Shown here in pieces: positions 49,273 through 58,533 of a DNA stretch of 64,000 bases. The first letter of the stretch is position 1. Each line of letters starts with the position of its first letter. Made by a program: the position numbers and the translations under genes. Source of the DNA: an uncultured delta proteobacterium (lineage in GTDB: Bacteria > Desulfobacterota > Binatia > HRBIN30 > BPIQ01); NCBI GenBank assembly GCA_963761335.1, contig CAVXGR010000021.1:78242-142241 (forward strand). The letters run 5' to 3'. Below the pieces are notes generated by a model. It was not told the DNA's origin, made no database searches, and worked only from the letters and a program-made list of their open reading frames with translations.

Positions 49273-49803
49273 ATGCCCATGTCCATCCTGAAGATCCTCG
49301 GCATCGGCGGCAACGATGATTCGCAGCCCCGCAATCGCCTGGCGGTCGAGATTCGCGAGCGACTCGACGAGCTCACCCCCGAGCGCGCCAACTTCGTCGC
49401 CTGCTTCGCCGGCCTGCTGGTGCGCGTCGCCCGCGCCGATCAGCAGATCTCCGACGCCGAGCGGGCCGCGCTGCGGCGCCTGATCGCCGAGCAGGCCGGC
49501 CTCTCCGGTGACGAGTCGGCGAAGGTGGCGGAGATCGTCACCCACCACGCCCTCGATCTGGCGGGTATCGAGTACGCGCAGCTGACCCGCAGCTTCAACG
49601 AGATCGCCAGCGACGAGGAGAAGCTGCGGCTGATCGACTGCCTCTACGCCATCGCCACCGCCGAGAGCCCGGTCTCCGTGGTCGAGGAGGAGGAGATCCG
49701 CGCCGTCGCCAACGCTCTCCTGCTGTCGCACAGCCAGTTCATCGGCGTGCGCCTGCGTTACCGCGACCAGCTCGAGGTGATGCAGAGCCTCCGCCGCCGC
49801 TGA
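49273..49803 (+). CDS. TerB-like domain protein
   Basis: 176 aa. Paired helices with the acidic TerB-like pattern (ANFVACFAGLLVRVARADQQISDAERAALRRLI...). The family call is moderate. Confidence 0.6.
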   Translation: MPMSILKILGIGGNDDSQPRNRLAVEIRERLDELTPERANFVACFAGLLVRVARADQQISDAERAALRRLIAEQAGLSGDESAKVAEIVTHHALDLAGIEYAQLTRSFNEIASDEEKLRLIDCLYAIATAESPVSVVEEEEIRAVANALLLSHSQFIGVRLRYRDQLEVMQSLRRR

Positions 49804-49822
49804 CGCCCTTGAGAGCGCGGCC

Positions 49823-49894
49823 GGGGACAGGCAACTTTTGCGGCCGAATCCGCAGCGGCCCGGCGATCCTCGAGCCGCAAAAGTAGCCTGTCCC
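49823..49894. repeat. 72-bp inverted-repeat element, same family as 1376-1450
   Basis: GGGGACAGGCAACTTTTGCGGCC ... GCCGCAAAAGTAGCCTGTCCCC, 19 nt after the TerB-like gene stop. Confidence 0.7.
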
Positions 49895-49897
49895 CGT

Positions 49898-51067
49898 TCA
49901 CTCCCCCGGCGCGAAGGTCACCGGCAGCCGGTCGGGAGAGCGAAAGGCCATGCCGACGATCTGCGACTCCTGCGACTCGTCGAGGCGCAGGTCGCGCAGC
50001 CGATCGAGAAGGATGTTGACGGCGATGCGGGCCTCCATGCGCGCCAGGTGCGAGCCGGCGCAGAAGTGCTGCCCGAAGCCGAAGGCGACGTGGTCGGCGG
50101 CGCGCCGGTTCATGTCGAAGCGGTCGGGGTCCGCGTACTTGCGCTCGTCGCGGTTGGCCGAGCCGAGGGCGCAGGAGATCATCGCGCCCTCGGGAATGTC
50201 GACGCCGGCGACGGTGATCGGCCGCGCCGCCTCGCGCGAGACGTACTGCACCGGCGATTCCCAGCGCAGCGTCTCTTCGATGATGAGGTCGAGCTTGGCG
50301 CGGTCGGCGAGCACCTGCTCGAGCTGCTGGCGATGTGTCAGCATCGCGAAGAGCATGCTGCCGATCAACCGGTAGGTGGTCTCGGCGCCGGCCGGGAGGA
50401 GGAGGCGAATGAAGCCGAGGATCTCCTCCTCGGTGAGCTTCTGCCCGTCGACCTCGGCGGTCAAAAGCGTCGTCAGCAGATCGTCGCGCGGCTCGGCGCG
50501 GCGTTCCGCGAGCACCGGCTGCAGATACTCGACCACCTTCCGCGACGCCTCCAGGCCGCGCGGTGGGTTGTCGCCGACGCCGACGATGTCCAGCGCCCAG
50601 CGGTGGAACATCTCGTAGTCCTCCACCGGAACCCCGATGATGTGGGTGATCACCTGCATGGGGAAGGTGAAGGTGAACTGCGAGACGAGGTCGGCGCGCC
50701 CATCGGCGATGAAGCTGTCGATCAGTCCGTTGGCGATCCCGGAGATCACCGGCGGCATCGTCTCGAGGCCGCGCGGCAGGAAGGCCGGAGAGATGATGTT
50801 GCGATGGCGGATGTGCTCCTTGCCGTCCATCTCCAGGATCGTGCGCCCCATCACCAGGCCGATGCCGCGGGCATTGGCGCGCGAGGAGAAGATGGAGTTC
50901 GCCTTGAGAATGCCGAGGACGTCCTCGTACCGGGTCGCCATGAAGACCCGGCCCATGATCGAGTCGAGGAGGATGACCGGCTCCTCGTCCCGCAAGCGCT
51001 TGTACTGCAGGTACGGGTTTGGCACCGGGCTCATCATGGTGCCGCCGAAGATCTCGATCATGTTCAT
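49898..51067 (-). CDS. Cytochrome P450
   Basis: Start at MNMIEIF (51067, verified). Haem-binding FGFGQHFCAGSHLA. ETLRW K-helix ExxR. AGAETT I-helix. Confidence 0.9.
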   Translation of the reverse strand: MNMIEIFGGTMMSPVPNPYLQYKRLRDEEPVILLDSIMGRVFMATRYEDVLGILKANSIFSSRANARGIGLVMGRTILEMDGKEHIRHRNIISPAFLPRGLETMPPVISGIANGLIDSFIADGRADLVSQFTFTFPMQVITHIIGVPVEDYEMFHRWALDIVGVGDNPPRGLEASRKVVEYLQPVLAERRAEPRDDLLTTLLTAEVDGQKLTEEEILGFIRLLLPAGAETTYRLIGSMLFAMLTHRQQLEQVLADRAKLDLIIEETLRWESPVQYVSREAARPITVAGVDIPEGAMISCALGSANRDERKYADPDRFDMNRRAADHVAFGFGQHFCAGSHLARMEARIAVNILLDRLRDLRLDESQESQIVGMAFRSPDRLPVTFAPGE

Positions 51068-51197
51068 GGCGGGCGTCTCGCCTCCAACGCAGTGGTTTGC
51101 CCGCCAGTCGTCCCCCGCCGACGGCCGATTGTCAAGCGATTGATTGAATTCAGGGGCGCGTCGCGTGCCCCCGCTCGCGATCTCGCGGGGCGTTTCA

Positions 51198-51317
51198 GAG
51201 GCTGCCTCAAGAGCTGGGCAAAACGATTCCGCCGGCCCGCGGGCCAAGTAGAAGCGGCGTCTCGCCGCTTCGGAAAGCGCCGGGACGGCGCTTCTACTTC
51301 AGTTTTGAGGCAACCTC
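51198..51317. mobile_element. MITE-like element, family A, copy 2 (inverted relative to copy 1)
   Basis: TIR GAGGCTGCCTCAA/TTGAGGCAACCTC. The internal sequence is about 90% identical to the reverse complement of copy 1. Confidence 0.6.
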
Positions 51318-51332
51318 GTAAGGACGGTGTTC

Positions 51333-51950
51333 TCAACCCAGCGCCGCGATCACCGCTTCCGCCGTGGTCACCGTGGAGATGAGCGGCAGGATGTTGCCCA
51401 CCGAGAACTGATGCCACTCGTCCGGGTAGCTGGCACAGCAGTCCTCCATCACCACGACGTCGAAGTTGCGGTTCACCGAGGCGCGCACCACTCCCTCAAC
51501 GGCCAGGTTGGTGGAGACTCCGGACATGATCATCGTCGAGCGCCCGAGCTGGCGCAGCACCGGATAGAGCTGCGTGCCGTAGGAGCCGTCGACGGCGACG
51601 GTGCGCTCGAGGACGAAGTCCTCGGGGCGCGGCGCCAGGGCCTCGTGGACCTGTACCCCCCAGGTGCCCTCGACCAGCGTCGGGTGGCGCTGCGCGCGCC
51701 GGTGCAGGACGGTGTTGGGGCGCGGAAAGCCGGGCTTGAGAGCGAAGTTGATGTAGAGGATCGGCACCTGCCGGACGCGCGCCGCATCCATCACCTGCCG
51801 CAGCCGTGGGATCACGCCGCGCCGCTGCACCGCCTCGGCGAGCACGCCGCCGATGCCGCGCTTGCCGATGTTCGACTCGTGCACGATGTCGTTCTGCATC
51901 TCGACGATGCAGAGCGCGGCGCGCCCCGGGTCGAGGGAGAGATCGCTCAC
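51333..51950 (-). CDS. Isochorismatase-family (cysteine hydrolase) protein
   Basis: GTG start at 51950 overlapping the upstream stop (GTGA). Conserved D...K...C triad context (VVMEDCCASYP). Confidence 0.8.
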   Translation of the reverse strand: MSDLSLDPGRAALCIVEMQNDIVHESNIGKRGIGGVLAEAVQRRGVIPRLRQVMDAARVRQVPILYINFALKPGFPRPNTVLHRRAQRHPTLVEGTWGVQVHEALAPRPEDFVLERTVAVDGSYGTQLYPVLRQLGRSTMIMSGVSTNLAVEGVVRASVNRNFDVVVMEDCCASYPDEWHQFSVGNILPLISTVTTAEAVIAALG

Positions 51951-53170
51951 TTGAAAAGACCCTCCGCTTGGAGCGCCTCGTACTCCGCCGCCGGCATGCC
52001 GAGAAGCTGGCGCATGACGTACTCGGTGTGCTCTCCGAGACGCGGCGCCGGCATGCGGATCTCCTCCGGAGTCTCCGAGAAACGCATGGCGTTCGCCTCG
52101 CACAGATGCCGACCGATCACCGGATGCTCGACCTCGCGGAAGTGGCGGCGATGGGCGAGCTGCGGATCGCGCACCAGATCCTCGAAGTTGCTGACCATGC
52201 CCGCCTCGACACCCGCCTCCTGCAGCGCCGCCATCACCTCGGCGGCGCGATGCCGGCGGGTCCATTCCTCCACCCGCGTTTCCAGCTCGGTGGCGTTTTC
52301 CTGCCGCCCGGCGGTGGTGGCGAAGCGCGGATCCGCGGCCCAGCCGGGATCGCCGATGGCGCCGCGGAAGCGTTGCCAGTCCTCGTCGTCGTGCACCGCG
52401 ATCGCCACCCAGCGGTCGTCGTCTTCGCCCTCGGCGGCGCAGCGGAAGGCTCCGTGTGGGGCCGCGTGGCGCGAGCGATTGCCGATGCGGCCGAGCGCCT
52501 CGCCGGTGGCGGTGGTGGTGAGGATGCTCTCGCTGAGACAGACGACGCCGCCCTCGACCTGCGAGAGATCGATGTACTGCCCCTCGCCGGTGCGCCGCCG
52601 GTGGATGAGCGCCGAGGCGACCAGCAGTGCGACCAGGCGCGGTGACAGCGAGTCGGTGATGGTGCCGTACGGCCCCAGCGGCTCGCGGTCGGGCCAGCCG
52701 GTGAGGTGATTGAACCCCGAGATCGCCGAGCCCTGACCGCCGAAGCCGGGATAGTCGCGGTCGGGGCCGGTCTGCCCGTTGAGGCAGGTGCTGATCATGA
52801 TCAGGTCGGGCTTGAGGGCGCGCAGCGACTCGTAGTCGAGCTTCCACTTCGCCATCGCCTTGGGAGCGAAGTTCTCGGCGACCACGTCCGCCCACTGCGC
52901 CAGGCGGCGGGCCAGCGGCGGCCCCTGCGGGTGGCTCATGTCGAGGGCGATGCCGTGCTTGTTGCAGTTCACCATGGCGAACATGTGGCTGGCGTCGAGG
53001 CCGCCCTCGGTCCCCGGGGTGTAGCGCAGCAGGCGGATGAAGTCGGGACGCTTGCGCGACTCGACGCGCACCACGTTGGCGCCGTGGTCGGCGAAGTAGC
53101 GCGTGCCGAAGGGGCCGGCGGCGCCGCCGCCGAACTCGAGCACCTTGATCCCCGCGAAGAGCCGCGCCAT
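51947..53170 (-). CDS. CoA-transferase family III (CaiB/BaiF) protein
   Basis: N-terminal GIKVLEFGGGAAGPFGTRYFADHGANVVRVE and the conserved catalytic Asp region. 407 aa. Confidence 0.85.
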   Translation of the reverse strand: MARLFAGIKVLEFGGGAAGPFGTRYFADHGANVVRVESRKRPDFIRLLRYTPGTEGGLDASHMFAMVNCNKHGIALDMSHPQGPPLARRLAQWADVVAENFAPKAMAKWKLDYESLRALKPDLIMISTCLNGQTGPDRDYPGFGGQGSAISGFNHLTGWPDREPLGPYGTITDSLSPRLVALLVASALIHRRRTGEGQYIDLSQVEGGVVCLSESILTTTATGEALGRIGNRSRHAAPHGAFRCAAEGEDDDRWVAIAVHDDEDWQRFRGAIGDPGWAADPRFATTAGRQENATELETRVEEWTRRHRAAEVMAALQEAGVEAGMVSNFEDLVRDPQLAHRRHFREVEHPVIGRHLCEANAMRFSETPEEIRMPAPRLGEHTEYVMRQLLGMPAAEYEALQAEGLFK

Positions 53171-54420
53171 CAGATCACGCCCTCCGCTTCGAGACGCCGG
53201 CGGGCGCCGGTATCGATGCCGAGCGCCTCATAGATCTCGGCGTTGTGCTCGCCGAGGCGCGGGGCGGGCCGGCGGATGCCGACCGGGCCGCGGCTGGTGC
53301 GCGCCAGCGCCGCGGGATACCGCAGGCGCACGCTCTTCTCGGGGCCCTCGACCTCGGCGAAGAACTCGCGCGAGGCGAGCTGCCGCGATTCGAGGATCTC
53401 GCGCGCCGTGTTCGCCGGCGCCAGCATGAGCTTGCGCTCGCAGGCGACGGCAAAGAGCTCCCGCATCGTCCTGGCGCGAAAGAAGGCGCCGAGGGCGCTC
53501 TCGATCTCGTCGACCTCCGGCTGGGTGACGGTGTTGTGGTTGTACGCCGTCCAGTCGCGCTCCTTCAGCGCCGCCGGAGCCATGCCGCTCTCGTCCATGT
53601 ACTGCACCAGCGCGATGATCCCGGGAATGCGCGCCGGACCGCCGCGCAGGGCGAAGGACACATAGCCGTCGCGGCAGGGCCACAGCTCGCGGAACACAGC
53701 GCGGTTGCCGCGGAAGCTGCCGCCGATGCGCCCTCCTTTGAACCCGGTGAGCGGGAACTGCGCCGGCACGGTCATGTTGGGCATGGTCATCGCCTCCTGG
53801 AGCGAGACGTCGACGTGCTGGCCAATGCCACTGATCTCGCGGCCCCAGAGCGCGAAGGTGACGGCGACCGCCGCCTCGATGCCGCCGTGGTAGTAAGCGA
53901 CCGGCAGCGAGCAGCGCACCGGGGCGCGGTCGGGATTGCCGGTCGGGTACATGTTGCCCCCGAGCGCCACGGCGGTGAGATCGGAGCCGCGGTAGGAGGC
54001 GTACGGACCGCTCAATCCGAAGGGCGTGATGGTGCAGAGGACGATGTCCGCCTTGACCGCCTTCAGCGACTGGTAGCCGAGGCCGCGGCTCTCGAGCGTC
54101 TCGCCGGCCGAGGGTGCCGACTCGATCACCGCGTCGGCGCTGCGGCACAGGTCGAGAAAGATCTCGCGGCCGCGCTGCTGCTCGAGATCGAGGGTCACGC
54201 CGCGCTTGCTGGTGTTGAGCGCCAGCCACAGAACCGAGCTCTCGCGCGCCGCGACGCCGGCAACCAACGGCTCGCGCCGCCGCGCCGCATCGCCCCCCGG
54301 CGGCTCGACCTTGACGACGTCGGCACCGAGGTCGCCGAGCAGCTTTCCGGCGAAGAATCCCGCCTCGCGCGTCAGATCGAGGATCCGAAAGCCCTCGAGG
54401 TTGCCGCCGGCCGCCTGCAT
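53170..54420 (-). CDS. CoA-transferase family III (CaiB/BaiF) protein, second paralogue
   Basis: N-terminal FRILDLTREAGFFAGKLLGDLGADVVKVEPPGG. 416 aa. ATGA overlap with the downstream gene. Confidence 0.85.
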   Translation of the reverse strand: MQAAGGNLEGFRILDLTREAGFFAGKLLGDLGADVVKVEPPGGDAARRREPLVAGVAARESSVLWLALNTSKRGVTLDLEQQRGREIFLDLCRSADAVIESAPSAGETLESRGLGYQSLKAVKADIVLCTITPFGLSGPYASYRGSDLTAVALGGNMYPTGNPDRAPVRCSLPVAYYHGGIEAAVAVTFALWGREISGIGQHVDVSLQEAMTMPNMTVPAQFPLTGFKGGRIGGSFRGNRAVFRELWPCRDGYVSFALRGGPARIPGIIALVQYMDESGMAPAALKERDWTAYNHNTVTQPEVDEIESALGAFFRARTMRELFAVACERKLMLAPANTAREILESRQLASREFFAEVEGPEKSVRLRYPAALARTSRGPVGIRRPAPRLGEHNAEIYEALGIDTGARRRLEAEGVI

Positions 54421-54464
54421 CGCGGGCGAGCTAACCGTGGCCCGGCGGGGGAGTCAAGGACCGG

Positions 54465-54712
54465 AAGGTAAACCGGAAGGTAAACCGCAGAGCCGCAGAG
54501 GGCGCAGAGAGGGGCCGCCAAGGCGCCGAGGACGCCAAGAGAAGATCGCCGAGGAGAAAAGGGGCCGGGCCGCTCCGCTCGACTGTGCCGAGATTCGCTG
54601 TCCGCCACTGACCGGAGTGGCCCAGCCCCTTTTCCTCTTGGCGTCCTTTCTTTGCGTCTTGGCGTCTTTGCGGTTCTCTTCTCTGCGCCCTCTGCGGCTC
54701 TGCGGTTCACCC
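54465..54712. mobile_element. MITE-like element, family B, copy 2
   Basis: Arms ...ACCGCAGAGCCGCAGAGGGCGCAGAGAGGGGCCGCCAAGGCGCCGAGGACGCCAAGAGAAGATCGCC... and GAGTGGCCCAGCCCC...CTCTGCGGTTCAC. About 85-90% identical to copy 1. Confidence 0.6.
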
Positions 54713-54766
54713 CTCGGGCCCCGCCCCCCCTTGACCACCCGGATTAACATCTGTTAACCCCGCCGC

Positions 54767-56047
54767 ATGTCTGCATCCTGGCCGCCTTCGAGCGCGGACT
54801 TTGAGCGCCTGCGCCAGACGCTCGCCTGGGTCGGCGAGCGCTCGCCGTACTACCGGCGGCTGTGGGAGGCGGCGGGGGTGCGGCCGGCGGAGATCGTCGA
54901 CTACGGCGCCTTCCGGAAACGCGTGCCGCGCACGGCGAAGGCGGATCTGGTGACCAACCAGCGGGAGCATCCGCCCTTCGGCGAGTTTCTCGCCGTGCCG
55001 CCCCAGCAGTTCGGGTCGCTGCACACCTCCCCGGGGCCGATCTTCATCCCGCGCCTCGCCGAGGAGCGCGGCGGCACGCCGGTGCTGGCGGAGGCGATCA
55101 AGGCGATGGGCGTGCGCCGCGGCGAGGTGGCGCACGTGACCCTCTCCTACCACATCATGCCGGGCGGCATGCGCCTGCACCGCGCCTTCGAGGAGGCCGG
55201 CTGCCTGGTGATCAACGGCGGCACCGGGGCGAGCCGCCTGCAGGTGGAGGTGGCGCGCGCCTGGGGCGCGTCGGTGTATGCGGGCACGCCGAGCTTCCTC
55301 GGCAACCTCGGCGACACGGCGCGCGAGATGGGTCTCGACCCGCGCCGCGATCTGCACTACCGCGTCGGCTTCTCGACGGCGGAGGCGCTGACGCCGGCCC
55401 TGCGGCGCGATCTCCATGAGACCTTCGGCATCGAGCTCTTCGACCACTGCGGCGAGGCGCAGATCGGGCCGCTCGCCGGCGAGTGCCGCGTCCACGAGGG
55501 CATGCACCTCCACGCCCGCGATCTCTTCTGCGAGTTCCTCGATCCTGAGAGCGGTGAGCCGGTCGAGCCGGGCGGCACCGGCGAGATCGTCGCCACCCAG
55601 CTCGGGCCGCGCGCCTTGCCGCTGGTTCGCTATGCCCCGGGCGACGTCTTCCGCCTGCTCCCCGGCAGCTGCCCGTGCGGCGATCCGTCGCTGCGCGTCG
55701 TCTTCGTCGGCCAGGTCGGCGCCATTCGCAAGATCAAGGGCGTGCTCGTGCATCCGGCGCAGGTGCACAAGGTGACCAGCCGCTTCCCCGAGATCGGGCG
55801 CTTCCAGATCGTCGTCGAGCACCCGCCGGGTGAGCGCTACGACCGCGCCACTTTGCGCGCCGGCCTGGTGCGCGAGCTCGCCGACCCAGACGACGCGGCG
55901 CGCCTCGAGCGCGAGCTGGCGGCGCAGCTCAAGGCAACGGTGCTGATCCAGATGGAGATCGAGCTGGTGCCCGAGAACGACATCCCCGAAGCCGCCGGCC
56001 CGCCGCGCTTCGCCGAGGCGATGGTCGATCTGCGCCACCAGGTGTGA
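54767..56047 (+). CDS. Phenylacetate-CoA ligase-like (PaaK family) adenylate-forming enzyme
   Basis: 426 aa with PaaK-like blocks (TSPGPIFIP..., YAGTPSFLGNLGD, GPLAGEC..HEG.HLHA). Confidence 0.8.
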   Translation: MSASWPPSSADFERLRQTLAWVGERSPYYRRLWEAAGVRPAEIVDYGAFRKRVPRTAKADLVTNQREHPPFGEFLAVPPQQFGSLHTSPGPIFIPRLAEERGGTPVLAEAIKAMGVRRGEVAHVTLSYHIMPGGMRLHRAFEEAGCLVINGGTGASRLQVEVARAWGASVYAGTPSFLGNLGDTAREMGLDPRRDLHYRVGFSTAEALTPALRRDLHETFGIELFDHCGEAQIGPLAGECRVHEGMHLHARDLFCEFLDPESGEPVEPGGTGEIVATQLGPRALPLVRYAPGDVFRLLPGSCPCGDPSLRVVFVGQVGAIRKIKGVLVHPAQVHKVTSRFPEIGRFQIVVEHPPGERYDRATLRAGLVRELADPDDAARLERELAAQLKATVLIQMEIELVPENDIPEAAGPPRFAEAMVDLRHQV

Positions 56048-56125
56048 TGCACCTTCCGAACGAGGGTTCCCTCTCCCGCATTGCCCGCGGGAGAGGGCCA
56101 GGGGCCGCGAAAAGAGACGCAAGAT

Positions 56126-57421
56126 ATGACTGAGTCCCGCCCCGGCGCCGCCGATCGCCGCTACTACGATCCCGAGATCCAGACGATGCCGATGGAGAAG
56201 CTGCGCGCGCTGCAGGCGCAGCGGCTCGGGCGGCAGCTCGACCGCATCTGGTCGCAGCCGGTGCCCTTCTTCCGCCGCAAGCTCGAGGCGGCGGGGCTGG
56301 GCCGCGGCGATCTTCGCGGCATCGAGGACCTACGCCGCATCCCGACGACGCTGAAGGCGGAGCTGCGGCAGAGCGAGGAGGAGCACCCGCCGTTCGGCGA
56401 CTACCGCGGTGCGCCGCTGCGCGACTGCGTCCGCCTGGGCGCCTCGACCGGCACCAGCGGCAAGCCGACGCTGATCCTGTGGACGCGCAAGGATCTCGCC
56501 GTCGACTACGCCGCCTCGTTCCGCGGCCGCTGGCGCTGGGGGCTGCGCCCGGGCATGAGCCTGGCGAACGCCCACCCCTTCGGGCAGAACGCCGGCGGCT
56601 GGCACTTCAGCCACGGCATCGAGGGGCTCGGCTGCCTCAACATTCCCTCCGGCCCGCCGGTCGGCGAGCAGCACGTGCGCGACGTGGTCGAGTTGTGGCG
56701 CCGGCTGCGGCCGGACATGTACCGCCTCTTCGGCAACGTCGCCACCACCTACGCCGACGCGGCGCGCGTCCAGGGGCTCGACCCCGCCGGTGACCTCAAT
56801 CTGACGATCGCCGGCGACGATCCGGCGCAGCAGTACCTGATGGCCAGCTCCGGGCTCGAGGCGCTGCCGCTTCTCGGCAGCGCCTGCGACCAGCGCGACG
56901 GCGCGCATCTCGCCGAGGACCTCGCCATCGTCGAGGTGATCGATCGGCACAGCGGCCGCGAGTGCGATCACGGCGAGCGCGGCAACCTGGTGGTCACGGT
57001 TCTGGAGAAGGACAACTTCCTCCTGCGCTACGACCTCGAGGACGTGGTGCGCTGGAACCTGAAGCCGTGCCCGTGCGGCGAGACACACCGGCGCCTGTTC
57101 TACGAAGGCCGCGTGCGCGACATCGTCAAGGCCGGCGAGCGTGAGGTCCTGCCCATCGACGTGGCGCTGGTGCTCTACGATTTCCCGGAGGTGTCGCGTC
57201 CGTCGGCCGAGTACCAGATCGTGCGCCGCCCGACGTCCTCGGCGCAGCTGCACGTCCGCCTGGAGTACGATCCCTCTGCCGGTGCGGATCTCGACGGCCT
57301 GCGCCAACGCCTCGTCGAGGAGTTCCGCCGCCGCCTCGACGTCGACGCCGATCTCGAGCTGCTCCCCCGCGGCGGCCTGCCGCGATTTGCGTACAAGGCC
57401 GCCCGCGTCGTTGAGGAGTGA
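56126..57421 (+). CDS. Phenylacetate-CoA ligase-like (PaaK family) enzyme, second paralogue
   Basis: Start verified at 56126. Adenylation motif GASTGTSGKPT. 431 aa. Confidence 0.8.
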   Translation: MTESRPGAADRRYYDPEIQTMPMEKLRALQAQRLGRQLDRIWSQPVPFFRRKLEAAGLGRGDLRGIEDLRRIPTTLKAELRQSEEEHPPFGDYRGAPLRDCVRLGASTGTSGKPTLILWTRKDLAVDYAASFRGRWRWGLRPGMSLANAHPFGQNAGGWHFSHGIEGLGCLNIPSGPPVGEQHVRDVVELWRRLRPDMYRLFGNVATTYADAARVQGLDPAGDLNLTIAGDDPAQQYLMASSGLEALPLLGSACDQRDGAHLAEDLAIVEVIDRHSGRECDHGERGNLVVTVLEKDNFLLRYDLEDVVRWNLKPCPCGETHRRLFYEGRVRDIVKAGEREVLPIDVALVLYDFPEVSRPSAEYQIVRRPTSSAQLHVRLEYDPSAGADLDGLRQRLVEEFRRRLDVDADLELLPRGGLPRFAYKAARVVEE

Positions 57422-57566
57422 GGCAAGGTGTTGAGGGGTTGAGGTGTTGGGTGTTGAGGGTGAAGACGTCGCCGGAGAAATCGTGGCGCCGCAGCGCCGT
57501 GGCGTGAGATCTCAGGGCCGGCTCGCGCAACGGCGCCACGACGCGACGTCCCGCGAGCTCGATGGT

Positions 57567-57983
57567 TCATACCCCGATGCAGGTGAAGCCGAGAGCCCGC
57601 GCGGCGGTGGCCTGCTGGACGTCGTGGGTGGCAAACACCAGCGACAGATCGCGGCGTTCTTGGAGCAGCAAGGCGGAGGCGAGATGCAGCGCGTCGAGGG
57701 TTTTGACCGCGGTCGCCATCGGCAGCGAGGCGCGGCGCAGCACGATGCGGGTCAGGCGTATCTGCCCGACCGACGACTCGAGCGCGGTCAAGCTTTCCTG
57801 CGCCGCCGCTACGCTCTCATCATCGAGGGCGCCGTCCAGGCGCAAACGATCGATGACCCGCCGCGCCTCGACCCCGGACAGCTCGCTCGCGTACGCCCGC
57901 TCCCACGTGCCCCACTGCTTCAGCCGCGACGCCTGTCCGAGGAGCACGCGCAGCAGGACGCTGGTGTCGAGGTACGCGATCAT
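57567..57983 (-). CDS. vapC: PIN-domain toxin VapC
   Basis: MIAYLDTSVLL N-terminus with conserved acidic PIN residues. ATGA overlap with the antitoxin gene. Confidence 0.8.
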   Translation of the reverse strand: MIAYLDTSVLLRVLLGQASRLKQWGTWERAYASELSGVEARRVIDRLRLDGALDDESVAAAQESLTALESSVGQIRLTRIVLRRASLPMATAVKTLDALHLASALLLQERRDLSLVFATHDVQQATAARALGFTCIGV

Positions 57984-58237
57984 CGCTGATCGCGGCTCTC
58001 GCGCAACAGCTTCCCCACGTCCACCCGGCGGCGAAGTCGGAGTGGCTTGACCTTGGCGAGATCGCGCCGTGGCCGTGTCGGCTCAACGACCTGAAGATCT
58101 TCAGTCTGCTCGCCGAAGGGGACCAGCCGCGCCACCGGCGTGTGCCGATCACGAACGACCACCGACTCGCCGCGACGCACGGCCGCGAGATATTCGCTGA
58201 GCCGGGCCTTCAGGTTGGAGACGTTCGTTTCCTTCAT
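57980..58237 (-). CDS. vapB: Phd/YefM-type antitoxin (VapB)
   Basis: MKETNVSNLKARLSEYLAAVRRGESVVVRDRHTPVARLVPF. An alternative upstream start lies at 58264. Confidence 0.7.
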   Translation of the reverse strand: MKETNVSNLKARLSEYLAAVRRGESVVVRDRHTPVARLVPFGEQTEDLQVVEPTRPRRDLAKVKPLRLRRRVDVGKLLRESRDQR

Positions 58238-58533
58238 GGTCTCAATCTGACCAGATGAGGTCATGATGTCAAATGTGGAGTGCACGGTCATCGGGCTCTG
58301 TCTAGCCAGGTCGTTCCATGCGACGCGGCGAAAGGACGGCTGCACGGTTGACCGCGAGCATTAGCGAGTGCGGGATCGAATGGGCACAGGTGACGTGGAG
58401 CACCTCCTCCAGAAGAGCAGCTGTGCCACAGAGAGCCCGTCGCTCAGCGGACCGCGATGATACCTTTCGGGAGTACGGCCTTGAGATGTGGGCCTATCGG
58501 CGGTCGCAGCAGAAAGCTGGTGAGAAATGCGGG

